Shown here one piece after another: positions 38,213-49,011 of a stretch of DNA of 64,000 nucleotides (positions within the stretch are counted from its first letter, which is position 1; every line of letters begins with the position of its first letter). This DNA comes from Phormidesmis sp. Lineage in GTDB: Bacteria > Cyanobacteriota > Cyanobacteriia > Leptolyngbyales > Leptolyngbyaceae. The stretch lies in assembly GCA_965248535.1 (NCBI GenBank), contig CBDFJR010000005.1, positions 672,001-736,000 of the forward strand, given 5' to 3'. A program made the translations under genes and the position numbers. Under the pieces are notes generated by a model that did not search any database, was not told the DNA's origin, and was given only the letters and a program-made list of their open reading frames with translations.

Positions 38213-39104
38213 TTACCCTTGGTTTAATCCTGCTTCTTCAGACATACTGAGCGCTAACCCTGTCCAATCGAGGTCACCTTTGCCCTTCTCAACGGCTAAC
38301 TGGAGGCGATCGTGCAACAAACTCGCCAGTGGCATAGGCATCTGGCTTTCTTTTGCGGTTTGCAGCGCTAGGGTGACATCCTTCAACCCCAGTGAGAGCT
38401 TGAATCCTGCGGGTTCATATTGCTGCTGGGCAATCATTCGCCCATAGTTTTGGTAGATCGGACAGGCAAATAACGTTTGACCGAATAGTTGGGCAATTTG
38501 TTCTCGATCGACCCCGTTCTTTTCGGCTAGGGTGAAGGCCTCTGCCATTGCCTCGATCGCACTGATAATCAAAAAGTTTCCGGCTAGTTTGACGACGTTT
38601 GCCGACTCCGCCACGTCTCCAAAATCGAAGATGTCTTGCCCCAAGTGCTCTAAAACGGGCTTGACGCGCTCCTTTGCAGCCGCTTTGCCAGAAAGAACAA
38701 TTCGCAGTTTGCGGGATGCGGCGGCATCGGGGCGACCAAACACCGGGGCAGCAAGATAATGAGAACCGTGGCGATCGTGCTGTTCAGCTAGTTTTTTAGA
38801 GGTTGCCGGAGAGACCGTGCTCATAGAAAGATGCACCCCGTCTGAGCCTATGGAGGTGAGCAGGCCGGTTTCACCGATCGTCACCGCTTCTAGCGCCTGA
38901 TCATTGGCCAGCATGGTGATCACTAATCCTCCCGGTTCTACCACCTCTGCGGGAGTGTTGACCAGCTTTGCTCCTTTCTCAACGAGAGACTGCGCTTTTT
39001 CGGGCGATCGGTTGTAGACCCGCAGCGAGTGCCCTGCCTCTAAAATTCGTTGCCATTGGCACGCCCATGCTTCCTAACCCGATAAAGCCAATGTGCTGAT
39101 CCAT
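38213..39104 (-). pseudogene. NAD(P)-dependent dehydrogenase (3-hydroxyisobutyrate/6PGDH family), frameshifted near 39043 as sequenced
   Basis: MDQHIGFIGLGSMGVPMATN, then a frame change into LEAGHSLRVYNRSPEKAQ...SMSTVSP...AAPVFG...KLAGN...KDVTLA. Confidence 0.88.
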
Positions 39105-39279
39105 AATTTGTCGCTGGGTGAAAGGGTTTAGGTAAATGCACTGTCTAGCGTTAGTCTGCTCCCAGTTTGCCGTGTAGCTCAATCAGAGAACTGTATCTCA
39201 AGGTAGGTTTTGAGGATCAGGCCAGAACTCAAAGCGGCTGAGAAAGATAAACTAAAAGAAAAACAAAGGACACACGCGA

Positions 39280-40335
39280 ATGGCAGCTAGAGAAAAGATT
39301 TTGCAGACCTTTGACCCCAGTGAAATCGGGGTCGATAACGGAAATTTGTTGGGGTTGCCCTTTGATTATGAGTCGGCCAACATTATTGTGATTGGTGTGC
39401 CGTGGGAGGTGACGGTCTCTTATCGGGCTGGCACGGCTGCCGCGCCGCGTCGGGTGTTAGATGCCTCGCGCCAGTTAGATATCTATGATTTTGACTACCC
39501 TGATGGGTGGAAGCAAGGGATTTTTATGGTCGAGATCGACGATCGGGTTCACCAAAAAAGCCAGACGTTGAGACAAGACGCAATGCGAATCATTCAGCAA
39601 ATGGAACAGGGAAAACAAGTTGAAGATGATCCTGATTTAACGCAAGTCTTACACAAAATTAATCAAGAGTGTCAATCGGTCAATGAATGGTTATTTGATC
39701 AAGCGCAAGCCGCGATGGATCAGGGTAAACAAATAGCGGTGATTGGGGGCGATCACAGTGTGCCATTGGGAGCGATGCAAGCGATCGCTACCCGATATCC
39801 CGACTTTGGAATTTTGCACATTGATGCTCACGCGGATCTACGCGATGCCTATGAAGGGTTTGAGTTTTCTCACGCCTCGATTATGTTTAATGCCCTGAAA
39901 CTACCGCAGCTTTCTAAACTCGTGCAGGTGGGCATTCGTGATGTTTGTCACGATGAGATCACGCTGGTCAAAAACTCAAACGGGCGAGTGTCTTCTTACT
40001 ACGATCCTATGCTTAAAGAAAAACTCTATGCAGGCATTTCGTGGCTAGAGATCTGCAAACAGATCGTGGCCGAATTGCCGCAACACGTTTACATCAGTTT
40101 TGACATTGATGGACTCGATCCTAAACTGTGTCCCAACACGGGTACACCTGTTCCGGGCGGTCTGGAGTTAGAGCAAACGATCGCACTATTTCGGGCTGTA
40201 GTTGAGAGCGGACGGCAAATTATTGGCTTTGATGTAGTCGAAGTAGGCGACGGTGAATGGGACGGTAATGTGGGAGCGAGAGCGGTTTACAAACTCTGCA
40301 ATCTGATGGGATTGTCAGGTCTGAATCAAGCGTGA
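39280..40335 (+). CDS. Agmatinase/arginase (ureohydrolase) family protein
   Basis: GGDHS, HIDAHADLR, SFDIDGLDP...TGTPVPGG, DVVEV. Confidence 0.92.
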   Translation: MAAREKILQTFDPSEIGVDNGNLLGLPFDYESANIIVIGVPWEVTVSYRAGTAAAPRRVLDASRQLDIYDFDYPDGWKQGIFMVEIDDRVHQKSQTLRQDAMRIIQQMEQGKQVEDDPDLTQVLHKINQECQSVNEWLFDQAQAAMDQGKQIAVIGGDHSVPLGAMQAIATRYPDFGILHIDAHADLRDAYEGFEFSHASIMFNALKLPQLSKLVQVGIRDVCHDEITLVKNSNGRVSSYYDPMLKEKLYAGISWLEICKQIVAELPQHVYISFDIDGLDPKLCPNTGTPVPGGLELEQTIALFRAVVESGRQIIGFDVVEVGDGEWDGNVGARAVYKLCNLMGLSGLNQA

Positions 40336-42614
40336 ACTAGAGCAGGGACTCGCTTAAAGGCTGGAGTGCCCGATCGGGTTTCAAGCTTTGCTTTGAAGAT
40401 CACATTCACTTCAGGATAAAACATCACGGCGGCTCCGGGGCGCACGGCTCCGTAGATCACTTCGACTCTCTCAAGTTTTCCGGCATCGCCTTGCACGGTG
40501 ACTCGCTGATGTTCACTTAAGCCTGCTGATTCTGCATCTGAACGATTCATCAAAATGCAATTTCGGTGAGGCATTCCTCGATATTTATCTCCAATTTGAT
40601 AGACCACTGTGTTGTGTTGGGCATAGCTGCGGCCGGTCATAATAGCGACAACAATTCCCTTTGGGTTAGATGGATTAAACGATTGGGGTTCGGGTAATTT
40701 TAGCGTTGGTAAAGGTGTTGTAGACATGGAGGCTTTTCCCGATGGCGTTGAGAATTTTGGCTGACTGAGAATGCGTCCACTAATCGTAAATTCTTCGCGA
40801 GTCTCGTCGATCGTGGCCATCTTCTCGTATCCAGGAACGGTCTCAGCAATAAGCTGGCGAACAAATTTGGGATCACGCAGTTTTCGCCAGTTAACTGGAT
40901 AATCGCCGTGAATGCGGTGGGCTAGCTCGGTCAAAAACTCGACTTCGGCAATCAGATCTGCGTCTTTGAGATGCGTCTCGCCCTCGTCGCTCAATCTAAC
41001 AAAATTATTTCCCGATTCGGTCGTCGTTTTGTAGGGATTCTCAAACCGATTGAGCACCGGAAGCACGATCGTGGTGTGTTTGGCGAGTCCGTGAAAGTGG
41101 CCAATGTTGGGCTTGGTGGCCAGATAGATAATCGTGTCGATTTTACCTAGCGATCGCTTGGCCTGAGTCGAGTCAGGATTGGCTCCATACAAGTTTCCGC
41201 CCAGACAGATCAGCGTCTCTACTTTGTCTTGATCAGCCGCTTCAATTAAATCGCGGGTGTCGTAGCCCTTGACTTTACTAAGTGGATGTCCCAAAAGTTT
41301 CTCTAATGCGTCTTGCAGTCCTTTTTTGAGTTCTTGAGTTGTCACGCCCATTGAGCCAAAGCCTTGGACGTTAGAGTGTCCTCTCACGGGCATTACGCCT
41401 GTACCTTCTCTGCCGATATTGCCAGTGATCAGCGCTGTGTTGCCAATGCTGAAGACGTTATCGACTCCATTTTCTTGTTGAGTGATTCCCATTGCCCACC
41501 CAAACACGACTCCTTTAGCGTTGCCGATCGTGGTTGCAGCCGCTTCGATTTCGGGTTGAGACACGCCACAGGTTGCGGTGATAGTTTCCCAACTGGTCGA
41601 TTGCGCCGCCTCGATTACGGCTTCCCAGCCTTCGGTGTGGGCTGTGAGAAATTCTATTTTGGCAAATCCACGATCGATTAATGATTTTTGAATTCCTACA
41701 AACAACGCTACATCACTACCCGGAATCGGCTGCAAATACAGCGAAGAGATCTCTGAGCCAGGAATGAGAGACTTGATCGGAAACGCTGGAGAACCAAACT
41801 TGACCAATCCAATCTCCATCGCTGGATTGATCACAATCACTTTGCCACCGCGATCGCGCAATTTAATCAACTCATTCATCAATCGTGGATGGTTATAAGC
41901 AGAATTTGCACCCGCTAAAACCACACAATCTGCGTGTTTGAGACTCTCTAAGCTGACCACAGAGGTATTGGTTCCAAACATCTGCTTGAGTCCAAACGTT
42001 GATGGGGCATGGCACAGATCAGAACAGTCAGCCAAATTGTTAGACCCCAGCGATCGCATCATCAGTTGCAGCAAAAAAGCTGCCTCATTTGACGATCGAC
42101 CCGAACTGTAAGAGGCCACCCGATCGGGCGCTTTGCGAAACGCTTGTTCGGCGATGTCAAAGACCTCTGACCAAGAGATGCGCTCATAGTGACGAGTGCC
42201 CGATCTCAAAATCATTGGAAAGCTCAAGCGGCCCAAGCGATCGGCTTCGAGAGAGGTGAGACACTGAAGCGATGGAATGCTGCGCTGCTGAAACACTTCG
42301 GCCGGAACGGCTGGCTTAATTTCGGCTGAGATCGCCTCGACGCTTTTCATGCAGCGCTGAAGCTTTTCGCCCACCTCGTTGGTAAACCCTCCTTTTTGCC
42401 CCCCCGTGCCCCAAGAGCAAGACAGACAGGCGCTTTTGTGCAGCAGAGTCTTCCAGAGTTTTGCGCCTTCGGGTGAGAGCGTGTGCTCTGCCCAATATTC
42501 AATCACAGACAGCCCGCCCCCGATATCAGGCGTTTCCTCATTTTTGTCATGAAAGGGAGGAACAGGCTGAAGACTCTTGCTATCCATGCGTTTGACCATG
42601 ATATTGTTCACCAA
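40326..42614 (-). CDS. FdhF/YdeP family molybdopterin oxidoreductase
   Basis: CLSCSWG, GRLSFP, YSSGRSSNE, NNLADCSDLCH, RGHSNVQG, TGRSYAQHNT, GTPAFK. Exact start uncertain. Confidence 0.93.
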   Translation of the reverse strand: MVNNIMVKRMDSKSLQPVPPFHDKNEETPDIGGGLSVIEYWAEHTLSPEGAKLWKTLLHKSACLSCSWGTGGQKGGFTNEVGEKLQRCMKSVEAISAEIKPAVPAEVFQQRSIPSLQCLTSLEADRLGRLSFPMILRSGTRHYERISWSEVFDIAEQAFRKAPDRVASYSSGRSSNEAAFLLQLMMRSLGSNNLADCSDLCHAPSTFGLKQMFGTNTSVVSLESLKHADCVVLAGANSAYNHPRLMNELIKLRDRGGKVIVINPAMEIGLVKFGSPAFPIKSLIPGSEISSLYLQPIPGSDVALFVGIQKSLIDRGFAKIEFLTAHTEGWEAVIEAAQSTSWETITATCGVSQPEIEAAATTIGNAKGVVFGWAMGITQQENGVDNVFSIGNTALITGNIGREGTGVMPVRGHSNVQGFGSMGVTTQELKKGLQDALEKLLGHPLSKVKGYDTRDLIEAADQDKVETLICLGGNLYGANPDSTQAKRSLGKIDTIIYLATKPNIGHFHGLAKHTTIVLPVLNRFENPYKTTTESGNNFVRLSDEGETHLKDADLIAEVEFLTELAHRIHGDYPVNWRKLRDPKFVRQLIAETVPGYEKMATIDETREEFTISGRILSQPKFSTPSGKASMSTTPLPTLKLPEPQSFNPSNPKGIVVAIMTGRSYAQHNTVVYQIGDKYRGMPHRNCILMNRSDAESAGLSEHQRVTVQGDAGKLERVEVIYGAVRPGAAVMFYPEVNVIFKAKLETRSGTPAFKRVPALVHA

Positions 42615-42802
42615 AATTACTCTAAATTGGGGAGCTTTGGGAATGCGTCGATCGAAAGATGTTCTTTCCTCTTGAAACCGTTCACTTAGCGCAGTTCACA
42701 AACTTGTCAAGGAAATCAAATTAAAGAGACTCAGAGCGATGTAGGATAGTGAGTCATTCTCAAAGCTAGTCTCAACGCCTTGACATCTCTTAAAAAGCCT
42801 TC

Positions 42803-44128
42803 ATGAAGAAAACGTTCGTTCTCGATACCAATGTTCTGCTGCACGATCCATCTGCAATGCTACGGTTTGAGGACAACGATGTAGTGCTTCCCATCACGGT
42901 TATTGAAGAACTCGATCGCTTCAAAAAACAGCCCGAAATCACGGGGCGAAATGCTCGTCAAGTCTCGCGAATGTTAGATGAGTTGAGAAGCAAAGGGCAC
43001 CTGACTGAAGGCATTCCGATCAACGGTGGTGGCTCGCTGCAAGTCGCCCTCTGTCACCGAGAAACCCTGTTAGAACTGCCCCCAGAGTTGGAAGGCGACA
43101 AAGCTGACAACGCCATTTTGGCCGTCTCCTTGGAGCTAAAGCGGCAGTGTGACTCCCCGGTTGTGCTAGTGAGCAAAGACATCAACCTGCGAATCAAAGC
43201 CGATGCTTTGGGGCTGACCGCCGAAGATTATAAAACCGATAAAGTCGATGTCGATGATCTCTATGTCGGCATGGATCAAGTGATCGTCGCCGCAGATGAC
43301 ATCGATCGCTTATTTAAATTTGGCGGAGTCTCCCTCGATCGTGAGTTTTTCCCCAATCAGGCCTTGACGCTGATTGATGAATCAAACCCTAACCACACCG
43401 CTTTGGGCATTGTTGATGGAACCAGTGGCAAAGTGGTGCCGATCACCAAACTGTCTCGCGGTGGCGTGTCTCGCATCAGCCCGCGCAACCGTGAGCAGAG
43501 TTTTGCCCTCGATTTATTGCTGCGAGATTCCGTGTCGCTCGTGACCCTAGTCGGCAAAGCAGGCACCGGAAAAACCCTGTTAGCGATCGCCGCTGGCTTG
43601 CAAAAAGTTGCCGATGAGCGGCTCTATAGTCGCCTGTTAATCTCCCGTCCGGTGGTGCCGATGGGCAAAGACCTCGGCTTTTTGCCCGGTGATGTCAACG
43701 AAAAGCTGACTCCCTGGATGCAGCCGCTCTACGATAATTTCGATCTAATTTTGGGCACTCAAGATTCATCGGGCAAGCCCGATCACTGGCGGCGCGGTCA
43801 CGAAGAACTGATCGAGCACGGCTTGCTGCAAATCGAGCCACTCACCTACATTCGAGGGCGCACGATTCCCAAACAGTTTTTGATTGTCGATGAAGCCCAA
43901 AACCTCACGCCCCACGAGGTCAAAACCATTCTCACCCGCGCCGGAGAAGGCACCAAAGTTGTGTTGACAGGCGACCCTGATCAAATCGACAACCCCTATG
44001 TAGACGCAGCCAGCAACGGACTCACTTACGTCGTAGAGCGCTTTAAGAATGAGCCTTTAGCAGGTCACATTGCTTTGCTCAAAGGAGAGCGATCGGGGTT
44101 AGCCGATCGCGCTGCTGCCCTGCTGTGA
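42803..44128 (+). CDS. PIN-PhoH (PhoH2/YlaK-like) protein
   Basis: FVLDTNVLLHDP and SKDINLRIKA (PIN); GKAGTGKT, GFLPG, YIRGRT, IVDEAQN, GDPDQID. Confidence 0.95.
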   Translation: MKKTFVLDTNVLLHDPSAMLRFEDNDVVLPITVIEELDRFKKQPEITGRNARQVSRMLDELRSKGHLTEGIPINGGGSLQVALCHRETLLELPPELEGDKADNAILAVSLELKRQCDSPVVLVSKDINLRIKADALGLTAEDYKTDKVDVDDLYVGMDQVIVAADDIDRLFKFGGVSLDREFFPNQALTLIDESNPNHTALGIVDGTSGKVVPITKLSRGGVSRISPRNREQSFALDLLLRDSVSLVTLVGKAGTGKTLLAIAAGLQKVADERLYSRLLISRPVVPMGKDLGFLPGDVNEKLTPWMQPLYDNFDLILGTQDSSGKPDHWRRGHEELIEHGLLQIEPLTYIRGRTIPKQFLIVDEAQNLTPHEVKTILTRAGEGTKVVLTGDPDQIDNPYVDAASNGLTYVVERFKNEPLAGHIALLKGERSGLADRAAALL

Positions 44129-44134
44129 GCGACT

Positions 44135-44659
44135 CTACAATCCCGTTACAAAGTTTTTGAACAGAGAAATATTGGTTAACAAAAAGTAAGCCAGCGCAGC
44201 GCCTCCCACGCCTCCGATCAAAAATCCGCCTGCATACTCATTCCAACCGTGCTCTGTCTTAAACGCGTCAGGAGGATTGGGCGTGGTGATCGTTGTTGTC
44301 GGCTGAGGCGGGGCGCTGTAGGCATAGAGCGAAATCGCTAGCGTAGAAATCACAATTAGCCCGATCGTAGAGAGCAACCCTGCCAGGTTTGCAATATCAC
44401 TGTCGCGCAACGGCCCCAGTCTGGCAAAGGGGCCCAAAATCCAATAGCCATGAGCCATGCCCACTTCTAGTCCGCGACGCAGCGGCGACAAGCCCGATCG
44501 ATAGGCCGGCAGGCTGTTGATATAAGCCATGACCAAGGGTGAAGAATTGATCGGAGTTGCCAAATTGCCATTTTGAATGTCATAGGCTGGAAACACGACT
44601 TCCCGATTTCGAGGATCTTTGGGGTCGTTGGTTGCCTCTGGGTGCTTGAGAATCTGCAT
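44135..44659 (-). CDS. psaL: Photosystem I reaction centre subunit XI
   Basis: GNLATPINSS, LPAYRSGLSPLRRGLEVGMAHGYW, GPLRD, GWNEYAGGFLIGGVGG; ATG 44659. Confidence 0.93.
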   Translation of the reverse strand: MQILKHPEATNDPKDPRNREVVFPAYDIQNGNLATPINSSPLVMAYINSLPAYRSGLSPLRRGLEVGMAHGYWILGPFARLGPLRDSDIANLAGLLSTIGLIVISTLAISLYAYSAPPQPTTTITTPNPPDAFKTEHGWNEYAGGFLIGGVGGAALAYFLLTNISLFKNFVTGL

Positions 44660-44978
44660 AAAAGGTTCTTGGTCTCGACAGTGTTTGAGCGATTTTAGGC
44701 AGAGCAAGATAGGCGATTCATCGCTCTAGAGAGGCAAGTCCGGGTGATGGATTTTGAGCAAAAATCTCTTCCTTGCAGCAGAGACCATCGGTAAAGCAGA
44801 TTACATCTCTGCCTAAAAATCGGTGAGACACTACTGAGATAAAGATTTAGTTTCTTTATAAACATTTAAGATTTCTCACAAGTTGAGGAGGAGCATCCAG
44901 ATCCCCCTTATGCTATGGGAAAGATTTTTATAAGCTGATTGATGATTCACCGTTCTCATCGTCTATTGAGCGTTTGTT

Positions 44979-45272
44979 ATGGATATGAATCTTCCACCTG
45001 TTTATTTGCGTTCCTTATTTTTGACTAGTCTGGTTAGCTTTTTGACCCCTCTTTTGTTGGTGGGCAGCACGATCGCGACCCTGATGCTAATCGGTTTAGT
45101 GCCAGGGCTTGATGCGTTTAGTCAGTGGTCATCAGGGGCAATTTTGACGTTTTTGCAGACCTTTGGCAGCGGTAAAGCGTTAGAAGGCTCGTTGGTGATC
45201 GGCGGGGCTTGTGGTGTGGTAGGAGGGTTATTTGACACCTACATTTTTTATCGTCACAGCAACTTTCGTTGA
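44979..45272 (+). CDS. Small hypothetical membrane protein
   Basis: 97 aa, hydrophobic segments, C-terminal VGGLFDTY. Confidence 0.75.
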   Translation: MDMNLPPVYLRSLFLTSLVSFLTPLLLVGSTIATLMLIGLVPGLDAFSQWSSGAILTFLQTFGSGKALEGSLVIGGACGVVGGLFDTYIFYRHSNFR

Positions 45273-45370
45273 AATGCGTTAAATCGTATCGTCATAAACT
45301 TTGCCAAAACTCACTATCCTGAGAAGAGTGCTGAGTGTGCACGTCTCTGAGTCAGTTAGGGCAATCATTT

Positions 45371-46912
45371 ATGCAAACAGTGAGTCGATTTATAGCCGTT
45401 TTATGGGTGATTGCTCTGAGTTGGAGTCTGGCTCCGCAGGCAGTGCAAGCTCGAAGTCAAACCCCAGATATCAAGCCGATTCAGTCGATTCAACCCTACC
45501 TCGATCGGGTGATCAATCGCGTCACAGAATTTAGGCTAGAGAATGGTCTGAAGTTTATTGTGCTGGAGCGCCATGAAGCTCCGATCGTGTCCTTTCTCAC
45601 CTATGCCGATGTGGGCGGCGCTAACGAGCCTGACAAAAAAACAGGAGTTGCCCATTTTTTAGAGCATCTCGCCTTTAAGGGCACGACTCGCATCGGCACC
45701 GAAAACTATCAGGCTGAAAAGCCCTTGCTCGATCGCTTAGATCAACTGGCAGAGCAAATTCAAAAAACAACCGACACGACCACTCGCGATCGCTTACAAA
45801 AAGCCTTTAATCAAACCGAGGCAGCCGCCGGAAAGCTAGTGCGGCAAAACGAATTCGGTCGCATTGTTGAGCAGGCGGGCGGGGTGGGGTTAAACGCCAA
45901 CACGTCGAGCGAGGCGACTCAATTTTTTTATAGCTTTCCATCAAACAAGCTCGAACTTTGGATGTCGCTAGAGTCAGAACGATTTTTAGATCCCGTGTTT
46001 CGAGAGTTTTATAAAGAGAAGGCGGTCATTTTAGAAGAGCGAAGACTGCGAACCGAAAACTCTCCGATCGGGCAAATGCTCGAAGTTTTCCTCGATGCTG
46101 CCTTTAAGGTGCATCCCTATCGTCGCCCCGTGATCGGCTATGACCAAGATATTCGGAATCTGACTCGGCCCGATGTGCAGCAGTTTTTTGAGACGCACTA
46201 CACGCCCAACAATTTGACGATCGCGATCGTGGGTGATGTCAATCCCGCTCAGGTCAAACGGCTGGCTCAGACTTATTTTGGACGCTATCAGGCTAAAGCC
46301 AAACCGCCTGACGTGACCACGATCGAGCCTCCTCAAACCCAAACTAGAGAAGTGACTCTCAAACTCAACTCCCAGCCCTGGTATCTCGAAGGCTACCACC
46401 GTCCACCGTTGAGCCATCCCGATAGCGTGATCTATGACGCGATCGCCAGCATTCTCAGCGACGGGCGAACGTCTCGTCTCTATCAGTCGCTGGTCGAAAA
46501 AAAGCGAGTCGCCCTGACTGCTCAAGGCTTTAACGGGTTTCCGGGAGACAAATATCCAACCCTAATGCTGTTTTATGCGCTGACGGCCCCTGGCAAGTCG
46601 GTCGAGGAGGTCTCAACGGCGCTCAGATTAGAAATCGACCGCCTCAAGACTGAGCCTGTGTCGGCTCAAGAATTAGATCGGGTCAAAACTCAGGCGCGAG
46701 CAGAATTATTACGATCGCTAGACTCAAATTCTGGCATGGCAGAATCACTGGTGGACTATGAGATCAAAACCGGAAGCTGGCGCAATTTATTTAAGGAGGT
46801 CGATGCCATTGCTGCGATTACTCCGGCTGACATTCAGCGCGTGTCTCAAGCTACCTTTATGAGCCAAAATCGCACGATCGGACGCATTCTTCCCCAAGCC
46901 ACTCAGCCCTAA
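45371..46912 (+). CDS. M16 family zinc peptidase (catalytic subunit), exported
   Basis: Signal peptide, LENGL, TGVAHFLEHLAFKG (HxxEH), NANTS, EERR. Confidence 0.94.
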   Translation: MQTVSRFIAVLWVIALSWSLAPQAVQARSQTPDIKPIQSIQPYLDRVINRVTEFRLENGLKFIVLERHEAPIVSFLTYADVGGANEPDKKTGVAHFLEHLAFKGTTRIGTENYQAEKPLLDRLDQLAEQIQKTTDTTTRDRLQKAFNQTEAAAGKLVRQNEFGRIVEQAGGVGLNANTSSEATQFFYSFPSNKLELWMSLESERFLDPVFREFYKEKAVILEERRLRTENSPIGQMLEVFLDAAFKVHPYRRPVIGYDQDIRNLTRPDVQQFFETHYTPNNLTIAIVGDVNPAQVKRLAQTYFGRYQAKAKPPDVTTIEPPQTQTREVTLKLNSQPWYLEGYHRPPLSHPDSVIYDAIASILSDGRTSRLYQSLVEKKRVALTAQGFNGFPGDKYPTLMLFYALTAPGKSVEEVSTALRLEIDRLKTEPVSAQELDRVKTQARAELLRSLDSNSGMAESLVDYEIKTGSWRNLFKEVDAIAAITPADIQRVSQATFMSQNRTIGRILPQATQP

Positions 46913-46922
46913 CCTGACTTTT

Positions 46923-48422
46923 ATGAAACCGAACGATCGTCAGCAGCAAACTGCCAGAATCATCACCCTCGTGTTTACGTTTATTGTTGTGCCGCTGGTC
47001 ATCTTGCTGTTGACCCTGATTCTTCCGGCTTCGGCAGAGACGGCCAAACACTACACCGATCTCAAATTAGCTCCTGCTCCTGACATTAAAGTTCCTGCCT
47101 ACAGCCGCTTTCAGCTTAAAAATGGCCTCGTTGTCTATTTAATGGAAGACCACGAACTGCCCCTAGTCAGCGGGACTGCCTTGATTCGCACGGGCGATCG
47201 CTTTGAGCCTGCTGATCGAGTTGGGCTGGCAGGGTTAACCGGGGCCGTGATGCGATCGGGCGGCACCCAAACCCATACTCCCGATCAGCTAAATCAGCTA
47301 TTAGAGCAGCGGGCAGCCTCGATCGAGACAAATATTGGAGTCACCTCTGGCAGGGCAGGCTTTAGTGCGCTGAGTGAAGATCTATCAGAAGTCTTTGATT
47401 TGTTTGCCGAAGTTATTCAGCAGCCTGCGTTTGCGCCAGAGAAATTTAACCTGGCAAAGCTGCATACTCAAGGCGGCATTGCGCGGCGAAATGATGACCC
47501 CAATGGCATTGTTGGGCGAGAGTTTGAGAAGCTCGTTTATGGCAGCAAAAGCCCCTATGGGCGAGTGGTGGAATATGCCACGATCGAGACCATTTCTCGT
47601 GACGATTTAATTCACTTTTATCAGCAATATGTTCGGCCGAGCAATCTGCTTTTGGGCATTGTCGGAGATTTTGACAGCCAAAAGATGCGATCGCAGATCG
47701 AGTCTAAATTTGGCAGTTGGAATCCTGCCACAGCCGCCCCCAATTCTGAGTTGCCTAAGGTATCTCAAGCTAAACAAAGCGGGATATTCTTCGTCAATCA
47801 GCCCCAGTTGACCCAAAGTTATGTTCAAATGGGTCATCTGGGCGGACAGTTAAACAGCCCTGACTATCCGGCGCTGTCGGTGATGAATGAGGTGTTGAGC
47901 GGGTTTGGCGGACGGCTCTTTAACGAGATCCGATCGCGACAGGGACTTGCCTACTCGGTCTATGCAAGCTGGAGTCCACAATTTGATTTTCCGGGGGTGT
48001 TTGTGGCCGGAGGGCAGACGCGATCGGAGGCTACGGTGCCCTTTATTAAATCAGTGTTGAGTGAGATAGAAAAAATTAGAACTCAGCCTGTGGCAGCTCG
48101 CGAGTTAAATTTCGCCAAAGACTCTGTGTTGAATTCATTTATCTTCAACTTTCAAGATCCCAGTCAAACGCTGTCACGACTGTTGGGCTATGAATATTTT
48201 GGCTACCCCAAAGATTTTATTTTTCAATATCGCAAAGCTGTCGAAGCCACCTCGATCGTCGATATTCAACGAGTCGCCAAGACCTATCTTCAGCCCAACA
48301 AAGTGGTCACGCTTGTCGTAGGAAATCAAAAAGCGATTCAGCCGGGTTTGTCCAGTTTGGGTCAAACAGTGACTGCGATCGACATCGCAATCCCGCCCGC
48401 CAAAAATCCCGAACTTAAGTAA
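46923..48422 (+). CDS. M16 family peptidase (non-catalytic partner subunit), exported
   Basis: LKNGL, EDHELPLV, GRLFNEIRSRQGLAYSV; no HxxEH. Confidence 0.92.
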   Translation: MKPNDRQQQTARIITLVFTFIVVPLVILLLTLILPASAETAKHYTDLKLAPAPDIKVPAYSRFQLKNGLVVYLMEDHELPLVSGTALIRTGDRFEPADRVGLAGLTGAVMRSGGTQTHTPDQLNQLLEQRAASIETNIGVTSGRAGFSALSEDLSEVFDLFAEVIQQPAFAPEKFNLAKLHTQGGIARRNDDPNGIVGREFEKLVYGSKSPYGRVVEYATIETISRDDLIHFYQQYVRPSNLLLGIVGDFDSQKMRSQIESKFGSWNPATAAPNSELPKVSQAKQSGIFFVNQPQLTQSYVQMGHLGGQLNSPDYPALSVMNEVLSGFGGRLFNEIRSRQGLAYSVYASWSPQFDFPGVFVAGGQTRSEATVPFIKSVLSEIEKIRTQPVAARELNFAKDSVLNSFIFNFQDPSQTLSRLLGYEYFGYPKDFIFQYRKAVEATSIVDIQRVAKTYLQPNKVVTLVVGNQKAIQPGLSSLGQTVTAIDIAIPPAKNPELK

Positions 48423-48475
48423 CGTAACTGAATTCAGGTAACCTAACGAAGTCGTCTCCCGTTAACCCCACATTC

Positions 48476-48976
48476 TCAGACCGCACTCAGCGCTGCCGTT
48501 CTGTGCACTGCATAATGGTCATTCACTGCGTTTAGATTAGACTCAAACACCCGATCGTATTGATGAGGCACAATCAGCGTTGGGCAAGACGCATGATGAA
48601 TGACGTAGTGACCGACATCGTTCAACACATTTTCTTGAGTAGCCATCACCTCTGGCTGTCCCAGAATGATCAAATCGGCTCCCCATAGATTGGCAAGCTC
48701 ACAAATTTTCTCTCCGGTGTGACCCAAGGGTTGAGCAATATCAGCCATTAGACCCACTTGATTGACGACCTGGGAGAGCGATCGCAGTTCTTCTAGATCA
48801 CTCTCTGCATGGCTGTCCCAGTTTGATGACGTGTTTTTAGTGAGATCGCTGAGGTGAGACAAGACGTTTACCAACAGCAAGCGCGAGTGATTTATTTTTG
48901 CCCAAGCCAGTGCGGTCGAGAAGACAGGCTGAGGGTTTTTAGCATTATCGAGAGCAATCAAGATTCTGTTTAACAT
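48476..48976 (-). CDS. Universal stress protein
   Basis: RILIALD, ADLIILG, HHASCPTLIV. Confidence 0.85.
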   Translation of the reverse strand: MLNRILIALDNAKNPQPVFSTALAWAKINHSRLLLVNVLSHLSDLTKNTSSNWDSHAESDLEELRSLSQVVNQVGLMADIAQPLGHTGEKICELANLWGADLIILGQPEVMATQENVLNDVGHYVIHHASCPTLIVPHQYDRVFESNLNAVNDHYAVHRTAALSAV

Positions 48977-49011
48977 GGCAATCTCTCTCGTTGGCGAATA
49001 AACGACAGGTT

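Noticed and set aside
39105..39279. Guanidine riboswitch or NtcA site before the ureohydrolase gene
   Set aside because: No guanidine-I consensus recognised; the best NtcA-like match (GTA-N8-TAG) is imperfect.
42803..44128. PIN-PhoH as the toxin of a TA pair
   Set aside because: No small upstream antitoxin gene is visible; it is a known stand-alone family.
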